A stretch of 64,000 nt of DNA, from assembly GCA_963745405.1 (NCBI GenBank), contig CAVUWY010000002.1, positions 533,013 through 597,012 on the forward strand. Reading direction: 5' to 3'. The DNA comes from an uncultured Chloroflexia bacterium. Lineage in GTDB: Bacteria > Chloroflexota > Limnocylindria > Limnocylindrales > CSP1-4. The stretch's first letter is position 1. Each line of letters starts with the position of its first letter. Made by a program: the position numbers and the translations under genes. The notes beneath the pieces are model-generated. The model did no database searches. It was not told where the DNA came from and worked only from the letters and a program-made list of their open reading frames with translations. Positions 49,051-58,590 of this stretch are shown one piece after another.

Positions 49051-52000
49051 TCATCCGATGGTCTCGGTGGGCCGCTTCGGGCCGCCTTCGACGTCCCGTG
49101 GCGGCCCGATCGAGGCCAGCCGCTCGGACATCCGCACCGCCGCGAGGCGGCGCGACCGCCACCGCCGCGCGAGTGTCACGGCGAGCGAGAGGAGGCTGAC
49201 GAGCACGATCGAGCCCAAACCGACCGGCGCCGGCCCACCGAACGAGGGAAGCCCGGCCAGGGCGGCCGAGCGGGTCGCCGGGCCGGTGACCGGGCTCGCG
49301 GCAGCGTCCGTGCCCGGCTCGTCGGAGGCGTCCGGTGCTGCGGAGGCTGCGATGCCGTCCGCTGGCCCGCTCGATGGATCGCTGGCACCGAGATCCTCGA
49401 CCCGGACGAAGTCGCCGGCGGTCGTGACGAGCAGCCGGGCGGAGCCGGCCGCGAGGTCGACCCGGCCGGTCGCATTGAGTGCGTCGCCGGGCGCGACGAT
49501 CGCCAGGTAGGGCGAGGCGTCGCCGCTCACTGCGATCCGGCCGATCGCCGTCCCATCGTCGAGCTCCAGCGACGAGGTCGCCTGGTCGACCGAGACGACG
49601 AACCCGCCGATGCGGACCACCTCGCCGTCGTGCTCGGCGAGCGTGGCGATGTCGACGTCGATGGTGTCGGGCAATTCGCCGACACCCGAGGCACCGGCTG
49701 CGGCGGCCCCGGGACTGGTCGAGCCGGTCGTCCCGGCGCCGGTCCCGCTCCCGGCGGATCCCCTGCCGGCACCGCTAGAGGCGGGCCCGAGACGAAGGTC
49801 CGCCGGGGAGCGTGGCAGCACCGCGAAGCGACGGTCGGAGGCCGTCGGATAGGGACGCCGGACGATGCCGACGACTGTCGCCGAGCGACCCTCGACGAGC
49901 GATGCGGCGGCGATCCGCGCCGCTGCTACGCCGGACAGAGCGATCCGCCTCGAACCGACGACGAGGTCGGCCCGCCAGCGATCGCCGTCCCGATGGACGT
50001 CGGCGATGATCCCGGTCGCCCGGACGAGCCGCCACTCATGGGCCGCCCCGGGCGATGCGGAGATGACGAGCGGAAGGATCGAGACACCCCGCCCGAGGTC
50101 GGCGGCGGCTGTCGCATCGATCCGCGGGGCGCCATACGCCCGCCCGACTCGACCGTCGATCCGCAGTCGCTCACCGACCCGTGGCGTGCCAAGACCCTTC
50201 GGCAGGCGGACGGCGATCGCCGCGCCCCCGTCCTGGATCGTCACGACTCGGCCATCACTGTCGAGGAGATGGTCGGCGGCCGTGACCGTTCCCTGGACCC
50301 GCACGTCGGCGCCCTGGCGAAGGAGCGCGGCGGCGATGGGGACCGTCGGGACCGTCGGCGCGGGTGTCGGTGTCGCGCCGCCGCCCGAGGGCGCCGGCGT
50401 GGGCCTGGCGCCCGGGGTCGCAGTGCGGACGATGTCGGCGCGATCGCGAAGCCAGATCCGGTAGCCGTCGAGCCGGCCGACTCGGGTGGCTCGCTGGCCG
50501 ACGATGCCGACGAGACGGGCCCGCCCACCGCGAGCGAGATCGCTCGTCACGAGGCCTGACGAGGCGTCGGCCATGACCGTCAACCGGCGACCGGTCGCGG
50601 GATCGAGGGCACTGGTCGAGATGTCGCCGCTGCTCGAGCGGCTCGGCGCCCGGTCGAGCGTGACGTCGATGGTGACGAGGCTCGCCTCGGCGGATTCGCC
50701 GAGGTCGAGGGCGCTGATCGCGAGCGGCGCAGGCAGGGGTGCGGTTCCCACGATGGCCAGGCCGGACGCGGACGGCCGCACCTCGAGTTGCCCGTACGGG
50801 GCCGCCAGCGGACCGCTCACGTCGACGAGCGTCCCCCGTCCTATGCCGCCGCTGCCGGACGGCAGTCTCACGACGACCCCGCCGGTCGCGTCCGCGATGG
50901 TGAACAGGCCCGCCGTCCCGATCCTCCCCAGCTCGGCGGTGACCACGCCGCGAACGTGGACGCGGCTACCGACGGGAAGGGATCGAACGTCGATGATCGA
51001 GATGACGGTCTCGGGCGTCGGGCCCGGCGTCCGCGTCGGTGTCGGCGCCTGGGTCGGCGTCGGCGACGGCACCAGACTCGGCGTCGGCATCAGACTCACC
51101 GTCGGGGAGCTGCTCGGCGCATCGCTCGGCTGGGCCGGCGGAGCGCTCGAAGATGGTGCTGGCGTCGGGGTCGGGGCAGGCGTGGGTGTCGGTATCTGTG
51201 TCGGGGTCGGCGTGGGTACCGCGGCGACGATCGCGAACTCGCCCGGGACGGTCGCAAAGATCCGGTAGCCGGCAGTCTCCGTGCCGCTGCTGTCGCGCTG
51301 GCCGACCGGTCCGATGACCGCGACGGTCGCGCCGCGCTCGACGCCGAGCAGCGCCGCGGGCGCGATGACCGCGCGGATCCCGCCGCTGCCGTCGTCGACG
51401 AGGAGGCCGGTCCCGTCGGCCAGTGCCGACGGTGCCTCCGTCACGACGCCTTCGATGGCGACCCGCGTCCCCTCCAGCGATTCACCGATCGACCCGGTCG
51501 TCGATGTCCTGGCTCCCGGGACCGTCGAAGGTCCCAGGTCCTCGACGTCGCCGGCCGCTGCGCGAACAGTCCGCTGCCCGAAGCGCTGGTCGAGAGTGCC
51601 TGTAACGCGCACCCGCTGACCGGCGGGGGCCCCACCTGTCACGGCCCCGTCGAGGTAGATGGCGATGCCGGCGGTGTCGTCCTGGATGAAGGCGGTCCGA
51701 CCGCCCTCGAGCGCCCCGAGCGCGGTTGTCAGCACCCCTTCGACACGCGCCGTGGAGCCGTCCGGCAGCCCACGAGCCGCCAGGACCGACATGGCCGGGA
51801 CGGGCGTCGGAGTCGGAGTCGGCGAGGCCGTTGGCGTGGCGGTGGGCGTCGGCGTGGGCGTGGGAGTCGGGCTCGGCGTGCGCGTGGGTGCTGGAGTCGG
51901 GCTCGGCGTCGGACTCGGCGTCGGCGAGGCCGTGGGCGTCGGCGTCGCAGTCGGTATCGGGCTCGTCTTCGGCATCGGTGTCAGAGTCGGAGTGGGTGTC

Positions 52001-52647
52001 GGCGAGCCATCGCTCACGGTCGGAGCGGATGCAAGGTTCTGCGGGAGCGGCGATGCCTGGATGAACCAGTCGAGCGAATTCTCGTTCGTGTCGACCCCGT
52101 TGCCGGCCGTGCCGCCGGGACGGCGCTCGATGCTCGAGCCGGCGGGCGGTGCCGCCGCAGCCGCACCCTCGACGAAGGCGTTCGTCGCGTCCCCCCAGCC
52201 GACCGCATCGATCGGCGTCCCGCCGACCGCCCGGAGGACCACCGCGCCACCGGTGGCCGCGAAGCCACCGCTGTATGTCGCATCCGCCACGCTCGCGAAG
52301 ACGCCGGACGAGTTGGCGATCAGCAGGTGCTGGCCCGGGGCGAGCGGCCGAGGCGTCGACCAGGCCGCCTTGCGGGTGACGGTAGAGCCGCTCGACGTCG
52401 CATAGACGACCTCGAGACCGCCGAGGTCGACCGGCACGGAGCCGCCGTTCACCAGCTCGACGTACTCATCGGACGCGGACGCGCCTCCGGTCACGACCTC
52501 GCCGACCAGGAGCGACGACGCAGGCCAGCCGACCGCCGCCGCTCGGGCGATCGCGCCATCCGACGGTGCGCGGGCAGCGGCGACCGCCGAACCGGCGATA
52601 CCCAGCACGAAGATGAGGCAGGCCGCGAGCCGCCGGGCACGATCCAT
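49051..52647 (-). CDS. large surface protein: signal peptide, lamin-tail domain, Pro/Thr linkers, repeated OB-like beta domains, C-terminal TM anchor
   Basis: ORF 1198 aa. LTD signature [37 protein letters not shown]...IDAVGWGD...SIERRP...[10 protein letters not shown]. Two PT-rich linkers. At least six segments have the pattern VRVxGxVT...G...xxIxDxTGGIxVRLP. The tail is ...[29 protein letters not shown]. Confidence 0.75.
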   Translation of the reverse strand: MDRARRLAACLIFVLGIAGSAVAAARAPSDGAIARAAAVGWPASSLLVGEVVTGGASASDEYVELVNGGSVPVDLGGLEVVYATSSGSTVTRKAAWSTPRPLAPGQHLLIANSSGVFASVADATYSGGFAATGGAVVLRAVGGTPIDAVGWGDATNAFVEGAAAAAPPAGSSIERRPGGTAGNGVDTNENSLDWFIQASPLPQNLASAPTVSDGSPTPTPTLTPMPKTSPIPTATPTPTASPTPSPTPSPTPAPTRTPSPTPTPTPTPTATPTASPTPTPTPVPAMSVLAARGLPDGSTARVEGVLTTALGALEGGRTAFIQDDTAGIAIYLDGAVTGGAPAGQRVRVTGTLDQRFGQRTVRAAAGDVEDLGPSTVPGARTSTTGSIGESLEGTRVAIEGVVTEAPSALADGTGLLVDDGSGGIRAVIAPAALLGVERGATVAVIGPVGQRDSSGTETAGYRIFATVPGEFAIVAAVPTPTPTQIPTPTPAPTPTPAPSSSAPPAQPSDAPSSSPTVSLMPTPSLVPSPTPTQAPTPTRTPGPTPETVISIIDVRSLPVGSRVHVRGVVTAELGRIGTAGLFTIADATGGVVVRLPSGSGGIGRGTLVDVSGPLAAPYGQLEVRPSASGLAIVGTAPLPAPLAISALDLGESAEASLVTIDVTLDRAPSRSSSGDISTSALDPATGRRLTVMADASSGLVTSDLARGGRARLVGIVGQRATRVGRLDGYRIWLRDRADIVRTATPGARPTPAPSGGGATPTPAPTVPTVPIAAALLRQGADVRVQGTVTAADHLLDSDGRVVTIQDGGAAIAVRLPKGLGTPRVGERLRIDGRVGRAYGAPRIDATAAADLGRGVSILPLVISASPGAAHEWRLVRATGIIADVHRDGDRWRADLVVGSRRIALSGVAAARIAAASLVEGRSATVVGIVRRPYPTASDRRFAVLPRSPADLRLGPASSGAGRGSAGSGTGAGTTGSTSPGAAAAGASGVGELPDTIDVDIATLAEHDGEVVRIGGFVVSVDQATSSLELDDGTAIGRIAVSGDASPYLAIVAPGDALNATGRVDLAAGSARLLVTTAGDFVRVEDLGASDPSSGPADGIAASAAPDASDEPGTDAAASPVTGPATRSAALAGLPSFGGPAPVGLGSIVLVSLLSLAVTLARRWRSRRLAAVRMSERLASIGPPRDVEGGPKRPTETIG

Positions 52648-52814
52648 GGGATGACCTCCCGGCGGGGACCGGCGGACACGCGAGCTCGTCCGTTGTACCC
52701 GGGGCCGCTCACCCGGTACTCAACCGACGCTTATTTGGAGCGAACGTGGGCCGACCGATGGCGGCGACGGTCCCGCTCGACTACCATGCGCCCACCCCAT
52801 CCCGAGGAGGAACC

Positions 52815-53543
52815 GTGGCCCGCGCCAAGAGGACCGAACGCGCCGACGCGCGCCGACGCCATCGCGCCGACCTGGCGGCAGCCCAGGCAGCCGCCGACGA
52901 GGCCGCGGCGGCGGCGGCAGCTGAGGATCCGTCGGGCTCGGCGGCCCCCGCCACGGGATACAGCCGCAAGGCGCGCCCCGATGCCACCACGAGCCAGAAG
53001 CGAGCGCCCGCTCCGCAGCGGATGGGCTTCATCGCGGCCATGCGCAGCTCGTACCAGGTCGCCGACGTCCGGGGCGACCTGCGGTCGCTCCCGATGCTCC
53101 TTCGCAGCCGCTCGTTCCTCATCCCGACGGGCCTGTCGATCGCGAGCTTCGTCGTCGCTCTCGTCACGGTCGGCACCACCAACACGATCACCGTGCTCCT
53201 CGTGACGCTGTTCCTCGGGCCGCTGCCGATCGGCTCGATCTACGCCGCCGGGGCGCTGGCGCCCAAGGCCTCGTGGCTCATGGGCGGCATCGCCTCGTTG
53301 ATCGGCACAGCCGGACTCATCGCCTACGCCCTCATCGGCAGTTCGGTTGTCGCGGGCACCGCCGCGCCCCAATTGACCGACATCCTCTATGCCCTCAGCT
53401 TCTATACCGTGTTCGGGGCGGTCATCGGCGCCGGGCTCGGGTTCTATCGGCGACTCCTTCGGGCGATGAACCCGACGCCGGATCGACCAGGAACGAAGGC
53501 CAAGCCCAAGCCGGGAACGAAGGCGGGCGCTCGGGCCCACTGA
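52815..53543 (+). CDS. membrane protein with basic N-terminus, unknown function
   Basis: GAGGAGG then GTG 52815 within ORF 52746..53543. A basic/Ala-rich N-terminal ~90 aa, then four hydrophobic spans. Confidence 0.6.
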   Translation: MARAKRTERADARRRHRADLAAAQAAADEAAAAAAAEDPSGSAAPATGYSRKARPDATTSQKRAPAPQRMGFIAAMRSSYQVADVRGDLRSLPMLLRSRSFLIPTGLSIASFVVALVTVGTTNTITVLLVTLFLGPLPIGSIYAAGALAPKASWLMGGIASLIGTAGLIAYALIGSSVVAGTAAPQLTDILYALSFYTVFGAVIGAGLGFYRRLLRAMNPTPDRPGTKAKPKPGTKAGARAH

Positions 53544-53588
53544 GGCCGACCGCGTAACCCCGCCACCGGCCTCGGAGGGAGGGTCGTC

Positions 53589-55721
53589 ATGAGTCCGATC
53601 GATCTGTACAAGACCCAGCTGCGGGTGCTCTGGGAATGGCGCGGTGGTCGGCGGGCGCTCATCAAGCGCCTGCTCATCACCCTCGTCGTCTCGGCGCTCG
53701 CGTTCGGCGTGACGGCATGGCTCCTGCCCAGCATCACCATCGATCGGTTCATCGACGGCGTCTCCGTCGTCGTTCTCATGGCGCTGTTCAACGCCCTGAT
53801 CCGGCCGGTCATCCTGGCGGTCGTCGCGCCTCGATCCCTCATCCTCACGGGGATCGCGGTGCTCCTGCTCCAGATCCTCGTCTTCCTCGCCTCGATCAAC
53901 CTGGTCCCGGGCGCCCATGTCGCGGGTTTCTTCCCAGCCTTGATCGGCTCGTTCATCTATGCCATCGTCAACACCATCCTCACCTCGGTCCTCGGCATCG
54001 ACAGCGGCGACTCCTTCTACGGCCTGCTCATCCAGAAGCTCATGCTCGAGCGGGCCGCCGCCCCGTCCGACCAGCCGGGGCTCCTGATCGTCCAGATCGA
54101 TGGGCTGGCTCATCCGATCCTCGCCGGGCGGATGCGAGCCGGCTCGGTGAATACGATGGCGGGCTGGGTCCGCGACGGCAGCCACCAGCTGTCGCGCTGG
54201 GAGGCGATCCTGCCGTCGATGACGTCGGCCAGCCAGGCCGGGATCCTGCACGGCAACAACGACGGGATACCCGCCTTCCGCTGGTACGAGCGCGATCGCC
54301 AGCACCTCATGGTCTCGAGCAACCCGGTCGACGCCGGCGAGATCGTCCGGCGGGTCTCGAACGGCGAGGGACTCCTCTCCAACAACGGAGCGAGCATCTG
54401 TAACCTGATGACCGGCGACGCCACCCGCGCCTACCTGACGACGGCGGCGATCAAGGACCAGTCACAGGGGATCGGCGACAGCAAGGCTTTCCTCGGCTTC
54501 TTCTTCAGCCCCAGCGGCTATCTGCGCTCGTTCACCCTTTTCCTCGGCGAGTTCGTCAAGGAGCTGACGCAGGCCCGGCGGACCCGACGTGCGGGCATCC
54601 GGCCGCAGATGCACCGGGGGATGAAGTACGCCGGCATGCGTGCCGCCAGCAATGTCCTCCTGCGCGACGTGAACACCTCCCTGATCATCGAGGAGATGTA
54701 CCGGGGCACGAACGTGATCTACGCCGACTTCACCGACTACGACGAACTGGCCCACCACTGCGGACCTGAGCGGGTGGAGTCACTCGAGGCGCTCGATGGG
54801 GTCGATCGCGCGATCGGCGCGCTCGAGAAGGCCGCCCGGGATGCGCCGCGGCCCTACCGCTTCATCGTCCTGTCGGACCACGGCCAGAGCCTCGGCGCGA
54901 CGTTCAAGCAGCGCTACGGCAAGAGCCTCGGCGAGGTCGTCCGCGATCTCATGAGCGGACGGGCGACCCTCGTCCAGGCCAAGACGCAGGCGGAGGGCTC
55001 GACGTTCGTCAACTCCTTCCTGTCGGAGATCACCCGGAGCAAGGGGGTCGGCCCGAGCGTGGCCCGCGTCGCCCTGGCCAGCCGGACGACGGACGGTGTC
55101 GTCGATCTCGATCAGGAAGAGGTCCCGCCGCCCGCCGACGCGAGCGCGATCGTCGTCGTCGGGTCCGGCAACCTCGGTCTCGTCTGGTTCACCGGCCACG
55201 ACCACCGGCTCACCCTCGAGGAGCTCGAGGAGCTCCATCCCGCACTGCTGACGACGCTCGTCGACCATCCCGGCGTCGGGCTGGCGATGGTCCGCTCGAG
55301 CCAGTACGGGGCGATGGCGATCGACAACGACGGCATCCGCTTCCTCGACGAGGGCCGCGTGCAGGACGTGGACCCGACCGTCAAGTTCGGCGAGCACACG
55401 GTGATGAGCCTCAAGCGCGAAGACGCGATGACCCACGCGCCCGACATCCTGCTGCTCAGCCAGTACGACGCGGAGCTTGGCGAGGTCGCCGCGTTCGAGG
55501 AGCTGATCGGTTCGCACGGCGGCCTCGGCGGCCCGCAGACCGAGCCGTTCATCCTCCATCCGGTCGAGTGGAAGCTCGACGAGGGGGTGCCGCTCGGCGC
55601 GCCGGCCATCTACCGCAACATCCGGGCCTGGCTCGAGTCGATCGGGATCCAGCTGGGCCGGCCGGCCCCGGCCGACGAGGCGGCGAGCCCTCGCCCGGAG
55701 GCGGCAAGCCCGAGCGCGTAG
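53589..55721 (+). CDS. fusion of holin-like 4-TM domain (phage_holin_4_2/DUF360-like) with alkaline-phosphatase-superfamily phosphodiesterase domain
   Basis: ORF 710 aa. The N-terminal ~130 aa is membrane-embedded. Then LLIVQIDGLAHPIL, LPSMTSASQAGILHG (Thr nucleophile context), DFTDYDELAHHCGP, and VLSDHGQS, which are the metal-ligand motifs of type I phosphodiesterase/NPP enzymes. Confidence 0.75.
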   Translation: MSPIDLYKTQLRVLWEWRGGRRALIKRLLITLVVSALAFGVTAWLLPSITIDRFIDGVSVVVLMALFNALIRPVILAVVAPRSLILTGIAVLLLQILVFLASINLVPGAHVAGFFPALIGSFIYAIVNTILTSVLGIDSGDSFYGLLIQKLMLERAAAPSDQPGLLIVQIDGLAHPILAGRMRAGSVNTMAGWVRDGSHQLSRWEAILPSMTSASQAGILHGNNDGIPAFRWYERDRQHLMVSSNPVDAGEIVRRVSNGEGLLSNNGASICNLMTGDATRAYLTTAAIKDQSQGIGDSKAFLGFFFSPSGYLRSFTLFLGEFVKELTQARRTRRAGIRPQMHRGMKYAGMRAASNVLLRDVNTSLIIEEMYRGTNVIYADFTDYDELAHHCGPERVESLEALDGVDRAIGALEKAARDAPRPYRFIVLSDHGQSLGATFKQRYGKSLGEVVRDLMSGRATLVQAKTQAEGSTFVNSFLSEITRSKGVGPSVARVALASRTTDGVVDLDQEEVPPPADASAIVVVGSGNLGLVWFTGHDHRLTLEELEELHPALLTTLVDHPGVGLAMVRSSQYGAMAIDNDGIRFLDEGRVQDVDPTVKFGEHTVMSLKREDAMTHAPDILLLSQYDAELGEVAAFEELIGSHGGLGGPQTEPFILHPVEWKLDEGVPLGAPAIYRNIRAWLESIGIQLGRPAPADEAASPRPEAASPSA

Positions 55722-55760
55722 CTAGTCCGCCTTCGCGAGGCCTCGGCGACCGTGCCCGGA

Positions 55761-55788
55761 CTCATCCCAGCCGGCGCATGCCGGCATG
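55761..55788. repeat. 28-nt near-copy of the dnaE2 3' coding end
   Basis: CTCATCCCAGCCGGCGCATGCCGGCATG versus CTCAGCCCAGCCGGCGCATCCCGGCATG at 62796..62823 (26/28). Both read LGHAGMRRLG-stop on the minus strand. Confidence 0.7.
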
Positions 55789-56147
55789 CCCCAGGAACTC
55801 ATTAGGACGCCAGACGGCCTGCCGACGTAGGTGGCCTGGGCGGGCCCGGCCATAGCGAGGAGCAGTGACGCGGCCAGGGCGTCACGGAGTGGGAGCCGCC
55901 GGTCGCCCGGCCGAAGCTCCCACTCCTCGCCAAGTACCGCGGCCATCGGAGCGGAATTGGGGATCATCCTGCGAAAGGGCGCAACTGCCAATCGCGTGAC
56001 CCAGATGGCGCTCGACATCATCGCGGCCGCGAAGGCGGTGCCTGGCGTCGCGTTGCCCTGACACCCCCAGTCGGCCCGGACAGGCTGGCCGGATGACGCG
56101 GGATCGCGAGTCCGCGGCCGGAACCAGCCGATAGGTGGTAGGAAGAC

Positions 56148-56190
56148 CTGAGGAGGGGCCCGGGAGCGAGGACTTCGCGCCCCTCCTCAG
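56148..56190 (-). terminator. strong hairpin just downstream of the secreted-protein gene
   Basis: CTGAGGAGGGGC (56148..56159) is the exact complement of GCCCCTCCTCAG (56179..56190), with a 19-nt loop. It begins 10 nt after the stop at 56200. There is no U-tract. Confidence 0.45.
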
Positions 56191-56199
56191 AGATCCGCG

Positions 56200-56643
56200 T
56201 CAGCTGCCCCGACAGTCCAACGAAAAGTCGCTGGTCTCGGAGATCAGGTTGCCGCTTGAGTCGAAGACCTGATGGAGGCTGACGGTGAGCCGCAGGTTGG
56301 GCGCGCTGCCCTTGCTCGCGATCCTCAGGTTGACAGATAGATCCGCCGTGATGGTGCCGTCGGGAGCGACATGGACGGGCGCATGGATCGTGGTGTTGCC
56401 TACGTAGACCAAACCGCTCGACTCTCCGGTCCCCACGTAATGGACGTTGTCGTGAGAGAAGCCGTTCGTGACGACGAAGTGGTCGGTGCCGCTGTTGTCA
56501 AACAACTCGCCGGTGCACGAGTTGAAGGCCGTCCCCGTGAAGGTGTCCCACCCGTTCTCGAGAGGGGCCGCGGCCGAGACAGGCGTGGCCAGGAGGCCGA
56601 TGACCGCCAGAGCGCCGAGGATGCCGAACAGACGACGACACAT
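56200..56643 (-). CDS. small secreted protein, unknown function
   Basis: ATG 56643 within ORF 56200..56871. MCRRLFGILGALAVIGLLATPVSAAAP is a signal peptide. The mature part is beta-rich and ends ...SDFSLDCRGS. Confidence 0.6.
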   Translation of the reverse strand: MCRRLFGILGALAVIGLLATPVSAAAPLENGWDTFTGTAFNSCTGELFDNSGTDHFVVTNGFSHDNVHYVGTGESSGLVYVGNTTIHAPVHVAPDGTITADLSVNLRIASKGSAPNLRLTVSLHQVFDSSGNLISETSDFSLDCRGS

Positions 56644-56937
56644 GGTCTGATACCCCCTAAGGATGCTCCATGGGCGCGTCGCGCCCCTATCCCCCCCCAC
56701 GCCCCAATCCCCCGCCAATCGCACCGCGGGTCGTCGCAGGAGCTGTCGCATCGTCGTTTCCCTTTCGCCTTCGCTCGTATCGCCCGGATGCCCGGGCTTC
56801 TGGCGAGAATGCTCAGGGCGCCCGGGCCGGCCGCTTAGAGCGCTGCCACGGCCGGACTCCCGAGGTAGCACGGTGCCCTGCTCGGCGCAAGGCTGATCGC
56901 GAGTCGCGCCGACGACTGACGGGGTCCGCAGCGCCTC

Positions 56938-58590
56938 TTGACACGCGGCCCCAACACGACTATCGAGTGCGCCATGACGCCTCCGGCCACCAGGCTCGTC
57001 GGGTCCCCTCGGCCGGCACTCGTCGCCCTGGCCGGCTCGGCGGTCGCCATCGGGTTGACGACCCTCGTCGCGAACGCCGACCTCGGAGATAACGTGAGTC
57101 CTGTCTCGACCGCGTTGGATGCCGTCGTCGGGCTGCTATTCCTCGGTGGCGCCGCGGTGGCGCCTGGCCCATGGCGCGCCCGCGCACTGTTCGGGGCCGT
57201 TGGGTTTACGTGGCTGCTCGGCTCGCTCACGCCCGGGATCCCACTCGCCTACGCGGGCGTCCTCTCGGTCGCCCTCGTGACGTTCCCGGACGGGCGCCCA
57301 TCGAGCACGCTGCGGTGGCTACTCGTCGCAATGTCGCTGCTGGCGGTCGTGGCAGAGCCAGGCGACGCAGTGCTGGCGTCACTGTTCACGGCAATTGCGG
57401 TCACGGCTGCGTTCGGTCGTCGCTGGGAGCGCGCGGCCTCGGCCTTCCCGGCGATCGCTGCCGGTGCACTTGGTGGCCTGCTCGCTGCCCACGCAGTGGT
57501 CGAGCACCAGCCGCCGGCCGGGTTCGACGAGGGCATGTGGCTGTTCGCGCAGGAGGCGCTGCTGGTCCTGATCGCCGCCAGCTTCCCAGTCGCCGCCTGG
57601 GCGGTCATTCGCGAACGGGCGATGCTCGCCGACCGACTCCTTGCCGACGAACATCCCGCCGGCCTCGACGGGCTCGCGGTTGTGCTCGCGACCACGCTCC
57701 ATGAGCCGCACCTCCGAGTCTTCCGGTGGGACGGCGATGCCGGGTCGTACGTCGACCGTGACGGACGAAGAGCGGTGCTGGGCAATGGCGTGTCAGTCAT
57801 CGCCGTCAACGATGGTCACGAACGATTGGCCATCGTGGCGCACGATCGCCCTGCCGCGATGCAGGACCCCGTCGTGGCGCGGGCCGTGGCCGAGGCGGTG
57901 CGCCTCGCCGCCTTGAACGAGCGCTGGCAACAGGCGCTTCGGGTGCAGCTCGCCGAGCTCGAGGCGGCGCGCGCGCGGCTTCTTGCCGCGACGGACCGCC
58001 AACGAGCGGCGATCGCGGTACGCCTGCTGGACGAGGTGGTGCGTCCGATCGAGTCAGGGGTGGCGGCCCTCCACACCATCGACGCGACGACTTCGAGCAC
58101 CGGTCAGTTGACCGGCGGCGCCGACGCACGCGAGGCCCGCGACGCCCTCCGGATCGCGCGCGAGGAGCTGGCGACCTCGATCGAGGAGATCCTGTCCCTG
58201 ACCGACGGCCTGCCCCCCGCAGGATTGGGCGACGGGGGCCTAGTTGCGGCGCTACGCCGGCTCGCCGGCCGGTGCCCGATCCCCGTGACACTTACGATGG
58301 CACCCGACGCCGCAGCCGATCCAGACCGCGAGACTGCACTGTTCTACGTGTGCTCGGAGGCGCTCGCCAACACGATGAAGCACGCCCGGGCGAGCCGTGT
58401 CTCCATCGACCTCCGGCGCGAGCGCGCCGGCCTCATCCTGGTCATTGCCGATGACGGGGTCGGCGGAGCCTCGGCCGACGGGTTCGGGCTCCGTGGGCTC
58501 GCCGACCGGCTGGCGGCATATGGCGGCAGGCTTCGCGTCGACAGTCCCCCCGGAGCTGGCACGACGCTAACGGCGCGAATCGGCGGCTAG
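56938..58590 (+). CDS. NarL-class sensor histidine kinase paralog A: intact HATPase_c, H-box His replaced by Leu
   Basis: ORF 550 aa (TTG 56938; alternative ATG 56974). Multi-TM N-terminus; DHp region reads ATDRQRAAIAVRLLDEVV; N box SEALANTMKHARAS, G1 ADDGVGG, G2 GFGLRGLADRL, ...GAGTTLTARI. Confidence 0.8.
   Translation: MTRGPNTTIECAMTPPATRLVGSPRPALVALAGSAVAIGLTTLVANADLGDNVSPVSTALDAVVGLLFLGGAAVAPGPWRARALFGAVGFTWLLGSLTPGIPLAYAGVLSVALVTFPDGRPSSTLRWLLVAMSLLAVVAEPGDAVLASLFTAIAVTAAFGRRWERAASAFPAIAAGALGGLLAAHAVVEHQPPAGFDEGMWLFAQEALLVLIAASFPVAAWAVIRERAMLADRLLADEHPAGLDGLAVVLATTLHEPHLRVFRWDGDAGSYVDRDGRRAVLGNGVSVIAVNDGHERLAIVAHDRPAAMQDPVVARAVAEAVRLAALNERWQQALRVQLAELEAARARLLAATDRQRAAIAVRLLDEVVRPIESGVAALHTIDATTSSTGQLTGGADAREARDALRIAREELATSIEEILSLTDGLPPAGLGDGGLVAALRRLAGRCPIPVTLTMAPDAAADPDRETALFYVCSEALANTMKHARASRVSIDLRRERAGLILVIADDGVGGASADGFGLRGLADRLAAYGGRLRVDSPPGAGTTLTARIGG

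Noticed and set aside
49150-49270. LPSFGG followed by a hydrophobic span and RRWRSRR as a sortase (LPXTG) sorting signal
   Set aside because: The invariant Thr is Phe, about 30 further residues follow the basic cluster, and no sortase gene is present. I treated it as an ordinary C-terminal transmembrane anchor.
50990-52010. Nucleotide-level repeats (CCGACGCC/GGCGTCGG-type periodicity) that could be taken for a satellite
   Set aside because: They are the coding sequence of the Pro/Thr-rich linkers of the LTD surface protein, in frame and continuous with the flanking domains.
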